In this document: piece by piece, positions 28,871 through 38,076 of the stretch
Layout of the letters: each line of letters starts with the position of its first letter
Numbering within the stretch: position 1 is the first letter of the stretch
IMG/VR virus record: IMGVR_UViG_2541047850_000005
Coordinates: 1 to 64,000 of that record
Source: a virus
Taxonomy: Duplodnaviria; Heunggongvirae; Uroviricota; Caudoviricetes
Direction: 5' to 3' (one strand)
Length of the DNA: 64,000 nt
Made by a program: the position numbers and the translations under genes
The notes under the pieces: model-generated
Seen by the model: the letters and a program-made list of their open reading frames with translations, nothing else
Told to the model about the DNA's origin: nothing
Databases searched by the model: none

Positions 28871-29290
28871 TTACAACTTCTTAGCGCCCTTAAGTAGTGC
28901 GCTACGTACAAATTGAGCCGCTTTTTTCAAAGTTTCTTGACTGGTTTCACAGACAATCGGATTTTTCCACTTACCTGACGCAGTGTTGAGAATATTGATT
29001 TGGTTGCTATCCAGACAAACAGAGATATAAAGCACCGTGCCACCAGCCAGCATCAAATGCATAGGAAACAGAGGCTTTTTACTGTCTTCACTGAACTGAG
29101 ACATGGCGATGTTAATGGCTTCACCTACTTGTGCGCCAACAAGCCCCTGCGCAGTTTCGAATATGGCACGAATAGCCAGACGAGCCTCTCGATCGCTCAT
29201 AAGCGACCGGGAATGTTCGTCCGCTACACGAATCAAAGCCTCTGTTGTTTTCCGATCCAGTTCATCTTCAAGCAACATTTCACTAAACAT
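28871..29290 (-). CDS. hypothetical protein (139 aa)
   Basis: ORF in operon with exonuclease. Confidence 0.5.
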   Translation of the reverse strand: MFSEMLLEDELDRKTTEALIRVADEHSRSLMSDREARLAIRAIFETAQGLVGAQVGEAINIAMSQFSEDSKKPLFPMHLMLAGGTVLYISVCLDSNQINILNTASGKWKNPIVCETSQETLKKAAQFVRSALLKGAKKL

Positions 29291-29351
29291 TTTTTATCCT
29301 TAACCCATTTTGAGAGTTTTATTGTCGCAATGTCGAAGAGGCGAACAATTT

Positions 29352-29996
29352 CTAATGAACGGTCACTCGGCCACAGAACCGGTTTTCTATCTTTTCTACA
29401 GCGTTATCTAGCACTCTCATCACTGATCTGGCTCTTGCTTCAACCGTGCGATATCGGTTGGAAACGACGAAGGTTTGCAGATCCCCCCTTTGCGGATGCA
29501 GGTGAATTTTTGTCAGTTCCCCGCACATCAACGCATCAATACGAGCGACATACAGACGGTCTAATGATGCTCGTTGTGATCGCAAGTAATCTCGCTCTGA
29601 GAGAGCGACTCCCGGGCGTAGGCCAGCAATGGCGTTAAAGTTTGAAATAGCAGTTTTGTGGCAAAACTTTTCGATATCGAGGGCTAACTCAATACATCGA
29701 TCTTCATTGGTATGGCCGACCAAATCCAACGTGTAGGCCATAACATCAGCAGGTGTGCGATCGATAACAAAGCCTTCAACACCACGCGTAAGTAGCTCTA
29801 TATGCTTTGCTATTTCCATTTGAATCTGAAGCCGCTCATATAGAGGCATAGACTCACCTACTCGAACACCGAGTCGGCTCATCAAACTTCCGACACCAGC
29901 ATCCACGTAAGGGATTCCGTAATGTTTGTCGATATATTTTGCCAGGGTTGTTTTCCCACTGCCCTGAGCACCAGTGATCCCAATCCGGTAATCCAT
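29352..29996 (-). CDS. P-loop nucleotide kinase (dNMP kinase-like)
   Basis: Walker A GITGAQGSGKTT at N-terminus, 214 aa; sits in nucleotide-metabolism operon. Confidence 0.7.
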   Translation of the reverse strand: MDYRIGITGAQGSGKTTLAKYIDKHYGIPYVDAGVGSLMSRLGVRVGESMPLYERLQIQMEIAKHIELLTRGVEGFVIDRTPADVMAYTLDLVGHTNEDRCIELALDIEKFCHKTAISNFNAIAGLRPGVALSERDYLRSQRASLDRLYVARIDALMCGELTKIHLHPQRGDLQTFVVSNRYRTVEARARSVMRVLDNAVEKIENRFCGRVTVH

Positions 29997-30472
29997 TACG
30001 ACCTTCTGTATACGATCTGCGAAAAGCCAGGCTCTTCCTCGCTGGCTCGTTGGGTAAAAACTGTTTCAACAGGCACAAAGCCTAAATTACGCATCATGCT
30101 TGCCGGGAAGAATGCATCGGCGTTTGGCACATCAACGCCGATGTGGGAGAGCCAAATCTCTTCAACATGCGGCATGAATAGCGAGTAAATTTGTTCCCCG
30201 CCAATCACCCACACAGGCTCTGGTAATCGCAACACATCATCCACACCAGCAGGGTAGAATCCATTTGGTACAAAGCCATGAGAGCGCGTCAAAACGAGGT
30301 TATGACGCTCTGGAAGAGGGCGTTTGAGACTTTCCATCGTTTTACGCCCCATAACGACAGTGGCGTTTTTGGTGAGTCTCTTAAATAGCTTCAGATCGGT
30401 AGAACAACGCCAGGGCAGTTCGTTCGCTATGCCGATCTCATAGTTACGGCCAACAGCAGCTATCATCTTCAT
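29996..30472 (-). CDS. dihydrofolate reductase
   Basis: MIAAVGRNYEIG..LPW.. N-terminal DHFR signature, 158 aa; adjacent to thymidylate synthase. Confidence 0.85.
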   Translation of the reverse strand: MKMIAAVGRNYEIGIANELPWRCSTDLKLFKRLTKNATVVMGRKTMESLKRPLPERHNLVLTRSHGFVPNGFYPAGVDDVLRLPEPVWVIGGEQIYSLFMPHVEEIWLSHIGVDVPNADAFFPASMMRNLGFVPVETVFTQRASEEEPGFSQIVYRRS

Positions 30473-30870
30473 TTGCTCACCTCATAGATGACCGGTCTAT
30501 GATGAGAGTCAGCTAAAGCGGCACGGAGTCGAGGATCGTGCACCAGCGCAGCGATAAGCAGATCGCCTTTATGCTCCGCTAATGTGCGCTTAATATGCTT
30601 CTCATAACTGGTGCCATTCGGTACGAGATGAAGCCAGTCGTAATCAACGCCAAAATCTTTCAGCCATCGTTTAGTGGGCGCTTCAAGAGTTTCAGAGCGG
30701 CTACTGATAAGCACCACTTCAGCCCCTGAGCGAGCAAAACCACGCAACATACGGCTGGTGGGGAAAATGAGTTCATCACCGGCAATGAGCTGGTCTGCAT
30801 CCGTGTCAGGTACAGATTTACGATGGCTGGTATTTGCCAGCACACCTTCAATTTCGCATAAGACATACAT
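30469..30870 (-). CDS. hypothetical protein (133 aa; start MYVLCEIEGV), possible degenerate HAD-like fold
   Basis: track ORF overlaps thyA stop; internal ATG with AAGAGG RBS chosen. Confidence 0.45.
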   Translation of the reverse strand: MYVLCEIEGVLANTSHRKSVPDTDADQLIAGDELIFPTSRMLRGFARSGAEVVLISSRSETLEAPTKRWLKDFGVDYDWLHLVPNGTSYEKHIKRTLAEHKGDLLIAALVHDPRLRAALADSHHRPVIYEVSK

Positions 30871-30883
30871 ACCTCTTGCCATA

Positions 30884-31987
30884 TCACACCGCCACTGGAA
30901 CCTTGATCCACGGTAGAGGGTCATAGCCAAGAATCAGAATATCGTCCCATTTGAAATCATCCAGCTCAGACCATTCATGAGGGAAAATAACGACCGGATC
31001 TGAATGCTCTGGAGCCTGTCGTTTCATTAGCTCACACACACCTTCCATGTGGTTGTTGTACAAATGCACGTCAAAGCCAAAATGCACAAATGCACCGGCC
31101 ATGTGACCCGTAATCTTCGCGAGAAAATGAGTGAGAATGCCATAGCCAGCAATATTGAATGGCATACCAACAAAAGTGTCTACGCTACGCTGTACGAGGC
31201 AGGAGTTGAGGATGCGTTTGGGGATTCCAAGTTCATCCAGTTCAGTTTCAGTAACACTGCCGTCCATCTCCAGATCGTATAGCATCTTGGTGTAGATAGA
31301 CTCATAACCGAGGCGACTGTGTTGAAGACCAATGTCAGTTGCCATCGTTAAACGGGTTTCAAAATCAAGCTCACGACTCCACAAAGAGAAGACAAAGTGG
31401 CAAGGTGGCAGTTTCATATCCTCAAGCTCGCCTACGTTCCATGCGTTAAGCATGATGCGACGATCGGTAGGGTTCGTGCGCAGTGTGTCGACAATACGCT
31501 GTAGCTGATCGATTTCACGGGACAGCACTACGCGATCTTCACTGATACCCAGGTATCCCTCGACTTTGTACCCGCGTTCACGGAAAGTAGCGATCTTGCT
31601 CAGATATTCACTATGGCTCACGATGCGGGTATCTTCCCATCGACGCCACTGCTTACCGTAAACCGGCCCCAAATCGCCATTCTCATCGGCCCATGCATCC
31701 CAAATCTTAACGCCGTTATCCTTAAGAAATTGGATGTTGCCCGTGCCTTTCAGATACCACTCAAGTTCGACAAGCAGTGGTTTAAGATTTACCGCCTTTC
31801 CAGAAATAAGCGGCACAGTCCCACCAGTAAGCATGTAGTAAGAGGGAACGTAGCAGGTGCTTAAAGTACCAGTGCCTGTGCGATCATCAGTCTGCACGCC
31901 GCTTTTAAGCACCGTCTCAATAACTTTTGCATACGATGCGTTTGTTACCTGACCGTTCGTATGCTCACGATTCAAAAGGAGTGACAT
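30884..31987 (-). CDS. thyA: thymidylate synthase (ThyA family) with ~80-aa internal insertion
   Basis: DDRTGTGT, GDLGPVYGKQWRRW, DRRIMLNAWNVGEL, PPCH (catalytic Cys), QRS.D..VGMPFNIA; 367 aa versus ~264 for bacterial ThyA. Confidence 0.9.
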   Translation of the reverse strand: MSLLLNREHTNGQVTNASYAKVIETVLKSGVQTDDRTGTGTLSTCYVPSYYMLTGGTVPLISGKAVNLKPLLVELEWYLKGTGNIQFLKDNGVKIWDAWADENGDLGPVYGKQWRRWEDTRIVSHSEYLSKIATFRERGYKVEGYLGISEDRVVLSREIDQLQRIVDTLRTNPTDRRIMLNAWNVGELEDMKLPPCHFVFSLWSRELDFETRLTMATDIGLQHSRLGYESIYTKMLYDLEMDGSVTETELDELGIPKRILNSCLVQRSVDTFVGMPFNIAGYGILTHFLAKITGHMAGAFVHFGFDVHLYNNHMEGVCELMKRQAPEHSDPVVIFPHEWSELDDFKWDDILILGYDPLPWIKVPVAV

Positions 31988-32069
31988 AAAACCTCACGAA
32001 GATAAGTAATCAATTATTTATCACGTGAGTTTACATTCATTGATAACACAAGACCAGATAGATAAAAAA

Positions 32070-32105
32070 TGGTGGCCATAGGCCACCAAAAAGAATAGTC
32101 GCTCC
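32070..32105 (-). terminator. rho-independent terminator (TGGTGGCC-ata-GGCCACCA + T6)
   Basis: hairpin followed by TTTTTT on the minus strand downstream of 32155..33024. Confidence 0.5.
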
Positions 32106-32154
32106 AGAGTTTTATACGCAAATCAAATATACATTAGTAGATAATCACCTACAA

Positions 32155-33024
32155 TTATTTTTTGATCATTCCGTACATTGCTGAGGCTTTAGCTTGCTCA
32201 ACAAAGGAGGATAAATCGACATCACTATAGGTTGGAGACTTCAGAATCTTTCCATCGGAAATTCGAAAACCGATCATCTTATCGGTGCCATCAGCATGGC
32301 GGAATCCCAGATCTGAAGAGTCGTATTTGCAGTTGGCCACAGCCTGGCGACGTTCCTCGACATCAGCAGGCCATAATTTTGTCATGTTAGACCGATGAAT
32401 TTCGCCAACCAGCTCGACTACATTGATACCGAGGAAATCAGCCAGTCGATAGGTCATCATGCACGCCACATAGATTTTGTTCATGACACGGCGCAGTTCC
32501 TGAATCAGCTCAGAATCCTTAACAGTCTTGTTCTCAAGTTTATCTGCCAGCTCTTCGAGCATACATGACGCCTCACGAGCTTCCTGAAATGGCATTGCCA
32601 TATCATCGAAAACAGTGTTACCGGGCACAAAAATTGTCTGCATAAAGCGATCAATGCTCTGTTCCTGCGTGTAATAGGTCATGCCGGTAGAAATACCACC
32701 TTTGATGGCGACCATCGTACCAACACCAACGTATAAAAAGTCGGCCATTGCATCCAGCAGTTGCTCAATATCCCCATTCATTGCAGCTGGAATACCTTCC
32801 ACTACAGCTTCTTCATGAATCAGGCTTGCACGGAGACGAAGCAGCTCTGGTGTCGGCATAACGCGTCTCGGATGCTGGAAGAGTTCATGAAACTGATCGA
32901 CCATCTTGTAAATACTTTCAGTAGCTACACCATGACCTTCATGCAACTCATATGGTTCTGGCTTAAATCCAATGAGACGATCGGTGGCAAGTTTCAGGTG
33001 GTCAGTCAGTTTGGTAAAGTTCAT
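32155..33024 (-). CDS. hypothetical protein, possibly all-alpha NTP pyrophosphohydrolase (MazG/HisE-like)
   Basis: 289 aa from ATG MNFTKLTDH (AAGGAAC RBS); ..LIHEEAVVEGIP..DIEQLLDAMADFLY.. resembles the EExxE..D motif; weak. Confidence 0.45.
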   Translation of the reverse strand: MNFTKLTDHLKLATDRLIGFKPEPYELHEGHGVATESIYKMVDQFHELFQHPRRVMPTPELLRLRASLIHEEAVVEGIPAAMNGDIEQLLDAMADFLYVGVGTMVAIKGGISTGMTYYTQEQSIDRFMQTIFVPGNTVFDDMAMPFQEAREASCMLEELADKLENKTVKDSELIQELRRVMNKIYVACMMTYRLADFLGINVVELVGEIHRSNMTKLWPADVEERRQAVANCKYDSSDLGFRHADGTDKMIGFRISDGKILKSPTYSDVDLSSFVEQAKASAMYGMIKK

Positions 33025-33101
33025 GCTAGTTTTGTTCCTTCTTAATTCTTGTGATCCATTGTGGCCCAGCGTTGCCAGGCCACATAATGCTTTGTATCGG
33101 T

Positions 33102-34244
33102 TTACAGGTCTGCAAACTGGCTTAGAGAAGCCTTGTCCACGGTAGAATCGATCTGACCTACCAGATATGTGCTTTGCTCTGCCTCTTGTGGTGCAATTTG
33201 CAGTGTGTCGGTTAACAACCACTTGTTCATCCAGACCAGCGGATCGGTGGTAACCTCTGGAAATAAAGCCTTCAGGCCAAGACGATTCATAGCCAGATTG
33301 GTGCGGTATTTTACATAGGTCTTCAAAATATCCGCGTTTAAACCAATCATCGAACCGTCTTTGAAGAGATACTCGGCCCAGTTCATTTCTTGTTCGGCGA
33401 CTGATTTCATGGTGTCGTAAATGACGTTTTCTTCATCAGCAGCAATCTCTTTCCACAATAAACCTTCGCGACCGGTACGCATGAAGCGGATCATGCGTTC
33501 AGTTCCTTCGCAATGCAGAGCTTCATCACGGGCAATAAAGCGCATAATTTTGGTGTTACCCTCAAGCAACTTCCGTTCGCCAAAGGCAAACGTACATGCA
33601 AAACTTACATAGAAACGGATCGCCTCAAGCGCATTAATGGACACCAACGTGCGGAAAAGCTGACGGTGCAAAGGGTATGGCTCCCAGCCATATTCATTTA
33701 CGTACAGACGTTCAAACTCCTTCTCACCTAACGACTGGCGCTCGCAGGTCATCCCATAAAGCCTGTCATATTCAGCAGAGATACTGATCGCTCGGTTGAT
33801 GATTTCTTCATCCGTAACAATACCGTCAAAAACAATGCTCGGATCGTCCACCATGCCACGAATAATGTGGGTGTAGCTGCGGCTATGGATAGTCTCAGAG
33901 AAAGACCATGTTTCAACCCACGTTTCCAGTTCAGGAATAGAGATAAGCGGCAGCAGCGTTGCATTTGGGCTACGTCCCTGAACTGAATCGAGTAACGTTT
34001 GATAACGGAGATTGCTCAGAAAAATGTGACGTTCGTGGTCCCGCAGCTTCGTGTTGAAGTCGATACGATCGCTCGAAATATCAACTTCTTCCGGCCGCCA
34101 GAAGAAAGACAATTGACGTTCAATCAACTTTTCAAAATCACGGTATTTTTGCTGATCGTAACGTGCCACGTTGACAGATTGTCCGAGGAACATAGGCTCT
34201 TTGGTTGCATCATTAGCACCCAAACGGAACGTTGAATATGACAT
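33102..34244 (-). CDS. nrdB: ribonucleotide reductase class Ia small subunit
   Basis: ferritin-like di-iron motifs (..[15 protein letters not shown].., ..DEALHCEG..), C-terminal tail for R1 binding; start at ATG MSYSTF. Confidence 0.9.
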   Translation of the reverse strand: MSYSTFRLGANDATKEPMFLGQSVNVARYDQQKYRDFEKLIERQLSFFWRPEEVDISSDRIDFNTKLRDHERHIFLSNLRYQTLLDSVQGRSPNATLLPLISIPELETWVETWSFSETIHSRSYTHIIRGMVDDPSIVFDGIVTDEEIINRAISISAEYDRLYGMTCERQSLGEKEFERLYVNEYGWEPYPLHRQLFRTLVSINALEAIRFYVSFACTFAFGERKLLEGNTKIMRFIARDEALHCEGTERMIRFMRTGREGLLWKEIAADEENVIYDTMKSVAEQEMNWAEYLFKDGSMIGLNADILKTYVKYRTNLAMNRLGLKALFPEVTTDPLVWMNKWLLTDTLQIAPQEAEQSTYLVGQIDSTVDKASLSQFADL

Positions 34245-34349
34245 GTGTTTTTCCTTTTGCTTTTTGATGTGTTTAAACAAGTTGTTATCCTATTTGTTTA
34301 AACAAGGCTTACAAATCAAAGAGAAGGTGGGGATACACCCCACCATATG

Positions 34350-36665
34350 TCAGATTTTGCAGGCTCCGTCGCACTCATCTTCTGGCTCGACGGCTACAGC
34401 TTGCGTCAGTGGATTCTGCGGTTCGTCGTCATCACGCTTTCCTGCCCCATCTCTGGTGTTGTGGTAGTAAAGCGTTTTAACTCCCATCTTGTAGGCGAGA
34501 AGCAAATCTGACAGTAGCGTCATCATTGGGACTTTATCGTCTTCAAAGCGAGAAGGGTCATAGTTGGTATTGGCCGAAATAGCCTGGTCAAAGAACTTCT
34601 GGATGATCGCCACCTTTGTCAGATAGCCGCGGTTGTCCGGCATATCCCACAGGTATTCATACTGTTCCTTCAGTTTTTCAAACTCAGGCACGACCATCTT
34701 AACGATGCCGTCCTTAGAAGATTTCACCGACACCGGTCCACGAGGCGGTTCGATGCCGTTTGTGGAATTAGTGATCTGGCTGGAAGTCTCGCATGGCATT
34801 TGTGCCGTCAGTGTGGAGTTGCGAAGACCGTATTTTGCAATACGTTCACGCAGTTCTTCCCACGGCATCTTTAACTCAAAGTTGGTTTCGCCACTTTCGT
34901 CTAATGAAGAACGATAGTGGTCGATCGGCAACTGACCAATTGCGTACTTGGTCTGCTCAAACCAGTCACACTCACCTTTTGCTTCAGCAAGTCGGCAGCT
35001 GGCATCAAGAAGGTAATACTGGATAGCTTCGAACGTTTCATGCACCAGTTTATTGCCAGCGGTATCAGAATAACGAACGCCATTCTTTGCCAGGTAATAA
35101 GCAAAGTTGGTTACACCGATTCCCAGGCTACGACGAGCTTTGGCAGGCACTTCAGCTGCCTCCATCGGATAGTCTTGATAATCCAGTAACGAATCCAGTG
35201 CAGCAACGGCATAGAACGCCACCTCTTTAAGAGACTCCAGTGAACGGATGGCTCCGAGGTTAAAAGCGGATAAAGTGCAAAGCGCGATCTCACCGTTCGG
35301 GTCGTCGGTAAATGCCAGTGGACGAGTGGGTAGAGTGATCTCCATGCACAGGTTTGACTGGCGAACAGGTGCAAGAGCAGGAATGAAAGCGCCATGCTCA
35401 TTAATATGATCGACGTTCGCAATATAAATTCGGCCAGTGGACGCTCGTTCCTGCATCAGAGATGAAAACAGCTCAATGGCAGGCACTGACTTCTTGCGAA
35501 TTGAATCATCGGCTTCGTATTTATGGTACAGCTTTTCAAACAGATCTTGGTCTGTGAAAAAGGCTTCGTACATATCAGGCACATCATGCGGGCTGAACAG
35601 AGTGATGTTCTCGCTTCTGACGAGTCGACGGTACATCAGACGGTTACTCATGACGCCGTAATCAAGATGGCGAACGCGGTTTTCATCGATACCACGGTTA
35701 TTTTTCACCACCAGCAGACTTTCAACTTCAAGATGCCAGATCGGGTAAAACGCTGTTGCTGCGCCACCACGAACACCACCTTGCGAGCAAGATTTAACAG
35801 CAGTCTGGAAATGCTTCAGGAATGGAATAACTCCGGTATGGGTGGCTTCACCATTGCGGATCTCACTGCCCAGCGCACGGATACGGCCAAAACCAATACC
35901 AATTCCAGCACGACGTGAAACGTAGTCGATAATTGCGGCTGAAGCTGCACTAATACCTTTCAGACTATCGCCAGACTCAATCAGCACACAACTGGAGAAC
36001 TGACGGGTTGGAGTACGGACGCCGACCATGATTGGTGTGGGCAGAGACAGTTTGAACGTACTTGTAACGTCATAGAAACCTTTGACCATCTCCATACGTG
36101 TTTTGCCAGCGCAGTCGTCTTCCCAATTCTGGAACAGACACATGCCCACCAGCATATAGATATGTTGCGGCCCCTCATGAATCTCACCAGTAACACGGTT
36201 TTGAACGAGGTATTTGCTTTGCAACTGCGCCGTAGCTGCATAGCCAAAAAGATCGTCACGTTTCGGCTTAATGTAATTGCCGAGTTCTTCGATCTCTTCA
36301 AACGAATAATGTGTCAGCAAATCCTTGTCATAAACGCCCTTGTTAACGTTCTTGACAATGTGTTGGTAGAAGTTCGGATAGTCGTAACGACCGAAGGCAT
36401 CTTTGCGGATTTTAAAAATGTTCAGGCGGGCAGCCACCTGCGAGTAATTTGGTGCATCTGGTGAGATCAAATCAGCGGCAGATTTAACCAAAGCCTCATG
36501 CAACTGGCTGGTGGTAATCCCATCAAAAATGCTGGCCGCAGCTCCCATTGCTACAGCGGATGCGCTTACACCACGAATGCCTTCTACGCCATACATTACG
36601 ACGCGGTTGTATTTTTCTTCGGATAACGGCTCTGTTTGGCCGTTACGTTTTACGATGCTTATCAT
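34350..36665 (-). CDS. nrdA: ribonucleotide reductase class Ia large subunit
   Basis: N-terminal ATP-cone (VKRNGQTEPL..), catalytic-site Cys motifs, C-terminal CxxC (..ECDGACKI); 771 aa. Confidence 0.95.
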   Translation of the reverse strand: MISIVKRNGQTEPLSEEKYNRVVMYGVEGIRGVSASAVAMGAAASIFDGITTSQLHEALVKSAADLISPDAPNYSQVAARLNIFKIRKDAFGRYDYPNFYQHIVKNVNKGVYDKDLLTHYSFEEIEELGNYIKPKRDDLFGYAATAQLQSKYLVQNRVTGEIHEGPQHIYMLVGMCLFQNWEDDCAGKTRMEMVKGFYDVTSTFKLSLPTPIMVGVRTPTRQFSSCVLIESGDSLKGISAASAAIIDYVSRRAGIGIGFGRIRALGSEIRNGEATHTGVIPFLKHFQTAVKSCSQGGVRGGAATAFYPIWHLEVESLLVVKNNRGIDENRVRHLDYGVMSNRLMYRRLVRSENITLFSPHDVPDMYEAFFTDQDLFEKLYHKYEADDSIRKKSVPAIELFSSLMQERASTGRIYIANVDHINEHGAFIPALAPVRQSNLCMEITLPTRPLAFTDDPNGEIALCTLSAFNLGAIRSLESLKEVAFYAVAALDSLLDYQDYPMEAAEVPAKARRSLGIGVTNFAYYLAKNGVRYSDTAGNKLVHETFEAIQYYLLDASCRLAEAKGECDWFEQTKYAIGQLPIDHYRSSLDESGETNFELKMPWEELRERIAKYGLRNSTLTAQMPCETSSQITNSTNGIEPPRGPVSVKSSKDGIVKMVVPEFEKLKEQYEYLWDMPDNRGYLTKVAIIQKFFDQAISANTNYDPSRFEDDKVPMMTLLSDLLLAYKMGVKTLYYHNTRDGAGKRDDDEPQNPLTQAVAVEPEDECDGACKI

Positions 36666-36738
36666 GTATCACCAAATAAAGAGGGCCACTAAATATAGTG
36701 GCCCATGTTAATAGATAAGCACCTACCTATCAATGAAA

Positions 36739-37308
36739 TCAAATGAGAGACTTAAGAACATCGCGCACCTGGCGGAACTGATCTGTTTGCATACCGGTAT
36801 GGATGGCAGCCACCGCATCAGCCAAATGTTCGTTTTTGTTCACGAGAACATCCTGTCCAGATTGCTTACGACGCAGCCACGGTGCTTTAGGGTGTTTTTT
36901 CGTAGCCCACTGGATAATCTCTTCTTTCGATGTAGTAAGTTTATTGCCGACAAAATGCTTGATTTCGTTTGGAGTAACCTGGATCAATGGCTTATCCACA
37001 CACGCAAGTACACCGATACAAATACCGTAAGACGTCTGCGAACGAGAGTTTTGGCTCCCAACCGGTAGCTCACAAAAAACCATATTTGCCTTATCAATGA
37101 TTGGCTTCGCAACACGCCATATTTCACTGGCTCGGCGCAGATCGTCACTGTTCACACGAACGGTCTTTTTGTTACTCCCCGCTTTAGTCTCAACAAGAGT
37201 AAGGCCGTGAATCTCAAGTTCGTCCGTCTCAAGGTCTAAAGTGCCCACAGCAAGCCCAAAGTTGCTCATTGAGGGATCAACACCAACTACGCTGATTTTT
37301 TTACTCAT
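36739..37308 (-). CDS. RuvC-fold Holliday junction resolvase-like protein
   Basis: N-terminus ..ISVVGVDPSMSNFGLAV.. resembles the first acidic motif of RuvC/YqgF-type resolvases; 189 aa. Confidence 0.55.
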   Translation of the reverse strand: MSKKISVVGVDPSMSNFGLAVGTLDLETDELEIHGLTLVETKAGSNKKTVRVNSDDLRRASEIWRVAKPIIDKANMVFCELPVGSQNSRSQTSYGICIGVLACVDKPLIQVTPNEIKHFVGNKLTTSKEEIIQWATKKHPKAPWLRRKQSGQDVLVNKNEHLADAVAAIHTGMQTDQFRQVRDVLKSLI

Positions 37309-37317
37309 ATAGTCTCC

Positions 37318-38076
37318 TTACCATGTTCCCCATATAGGGTTTTCCAATAATCTCGCCTCCAACGAATTGGCTACTATTGCCGTTTGCAACGTTGGTTGGG
37401 GATAGTTTGCAAAGTCTGAATACTCATTTTCCTGCGTGACACGTTTATCTGCGGCATGTTTATCTGCGGCATGTTTTACACCACTTGCTATGAAATGACG
37501 CATGATGCCCAACAGCCTCCGACTGTCTGCACTATCGTTTGCTAAAACATGAGGGAGCTGAAGTTCGATTTCTACCATTTCTCCATACTTACCAACAAAC
37601 TGTAGTTTGTCCGCACTGTACTTTTTATCCCTCCTTTGGATAAGGAAACCAATAAAAGCATCACCTGGCGATGCCAAACTATCCACCCGCTTATTGGCAA
37701 GTCGAATAAGGTTCGTGAAAGCCATACAGTGATGCGCACCCATTCCCCCAAAGAACCCTTCGCTATTAATGTTAAGATCTTCAGTTTCATGGGATGCAAT
37801 AAACCCAGGCCCGACGTTGGGAAGATATCCCCCCTCAACAAAAGGATTAATCAGGATCGGCGCAATACATCCAGGTGGTAGTGATTTCAAACTTTGCATC
37901 AATGGCGTCTCGGATATTAGACCAAGCAACGCGGCGAATTGTACTCCGTCAATATTGTTGCTGCCCCACAGAATACGTGGAGCCGCACCATTGGAAGTAT
38001 GCCCATTGATCAGTTTTATCGACTGCATCACTGCAAATACCTGCAAAAACTGCGAGCGGCTTAATTTAAACGACAT
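37318..38076 (-). CDS. hypothetical protein (252 aa)
   Basis: ORF coupled to sbcC-like gene. Confidence 0.5.
   Translation of the reverse strand: MSFKLSRSQFLQVFAVMQSIKLINGHTSNGAAPRILWGSNNIDGVQFAALLGLISETPLMQSLKSLPPGCIAPILINPFVEGGYLPNVGPGFIASHETEDLNINSEGFFGGMGAHHCMAFTNLIRLANKRVDSLASPGDAFIGFLIQRRDKKYSADKLQFVGKYGEMVEIELQLPHVLANDSADSRRLLGIMRHFIASGVKHAADKHAADKRVTQENEYSDFANYPQPTLQTAIVANSLEARLLENPIWGTW

Noticed and set aside
29000-29638. 212-aa plus-strand ORF spanning the 28871..29290 gene and the kinase gene start
   Set aside because: Crosses two minus-strand genes and an intergenic region; no RBS; inconsistent with the uniform minus-strand operon organisation.
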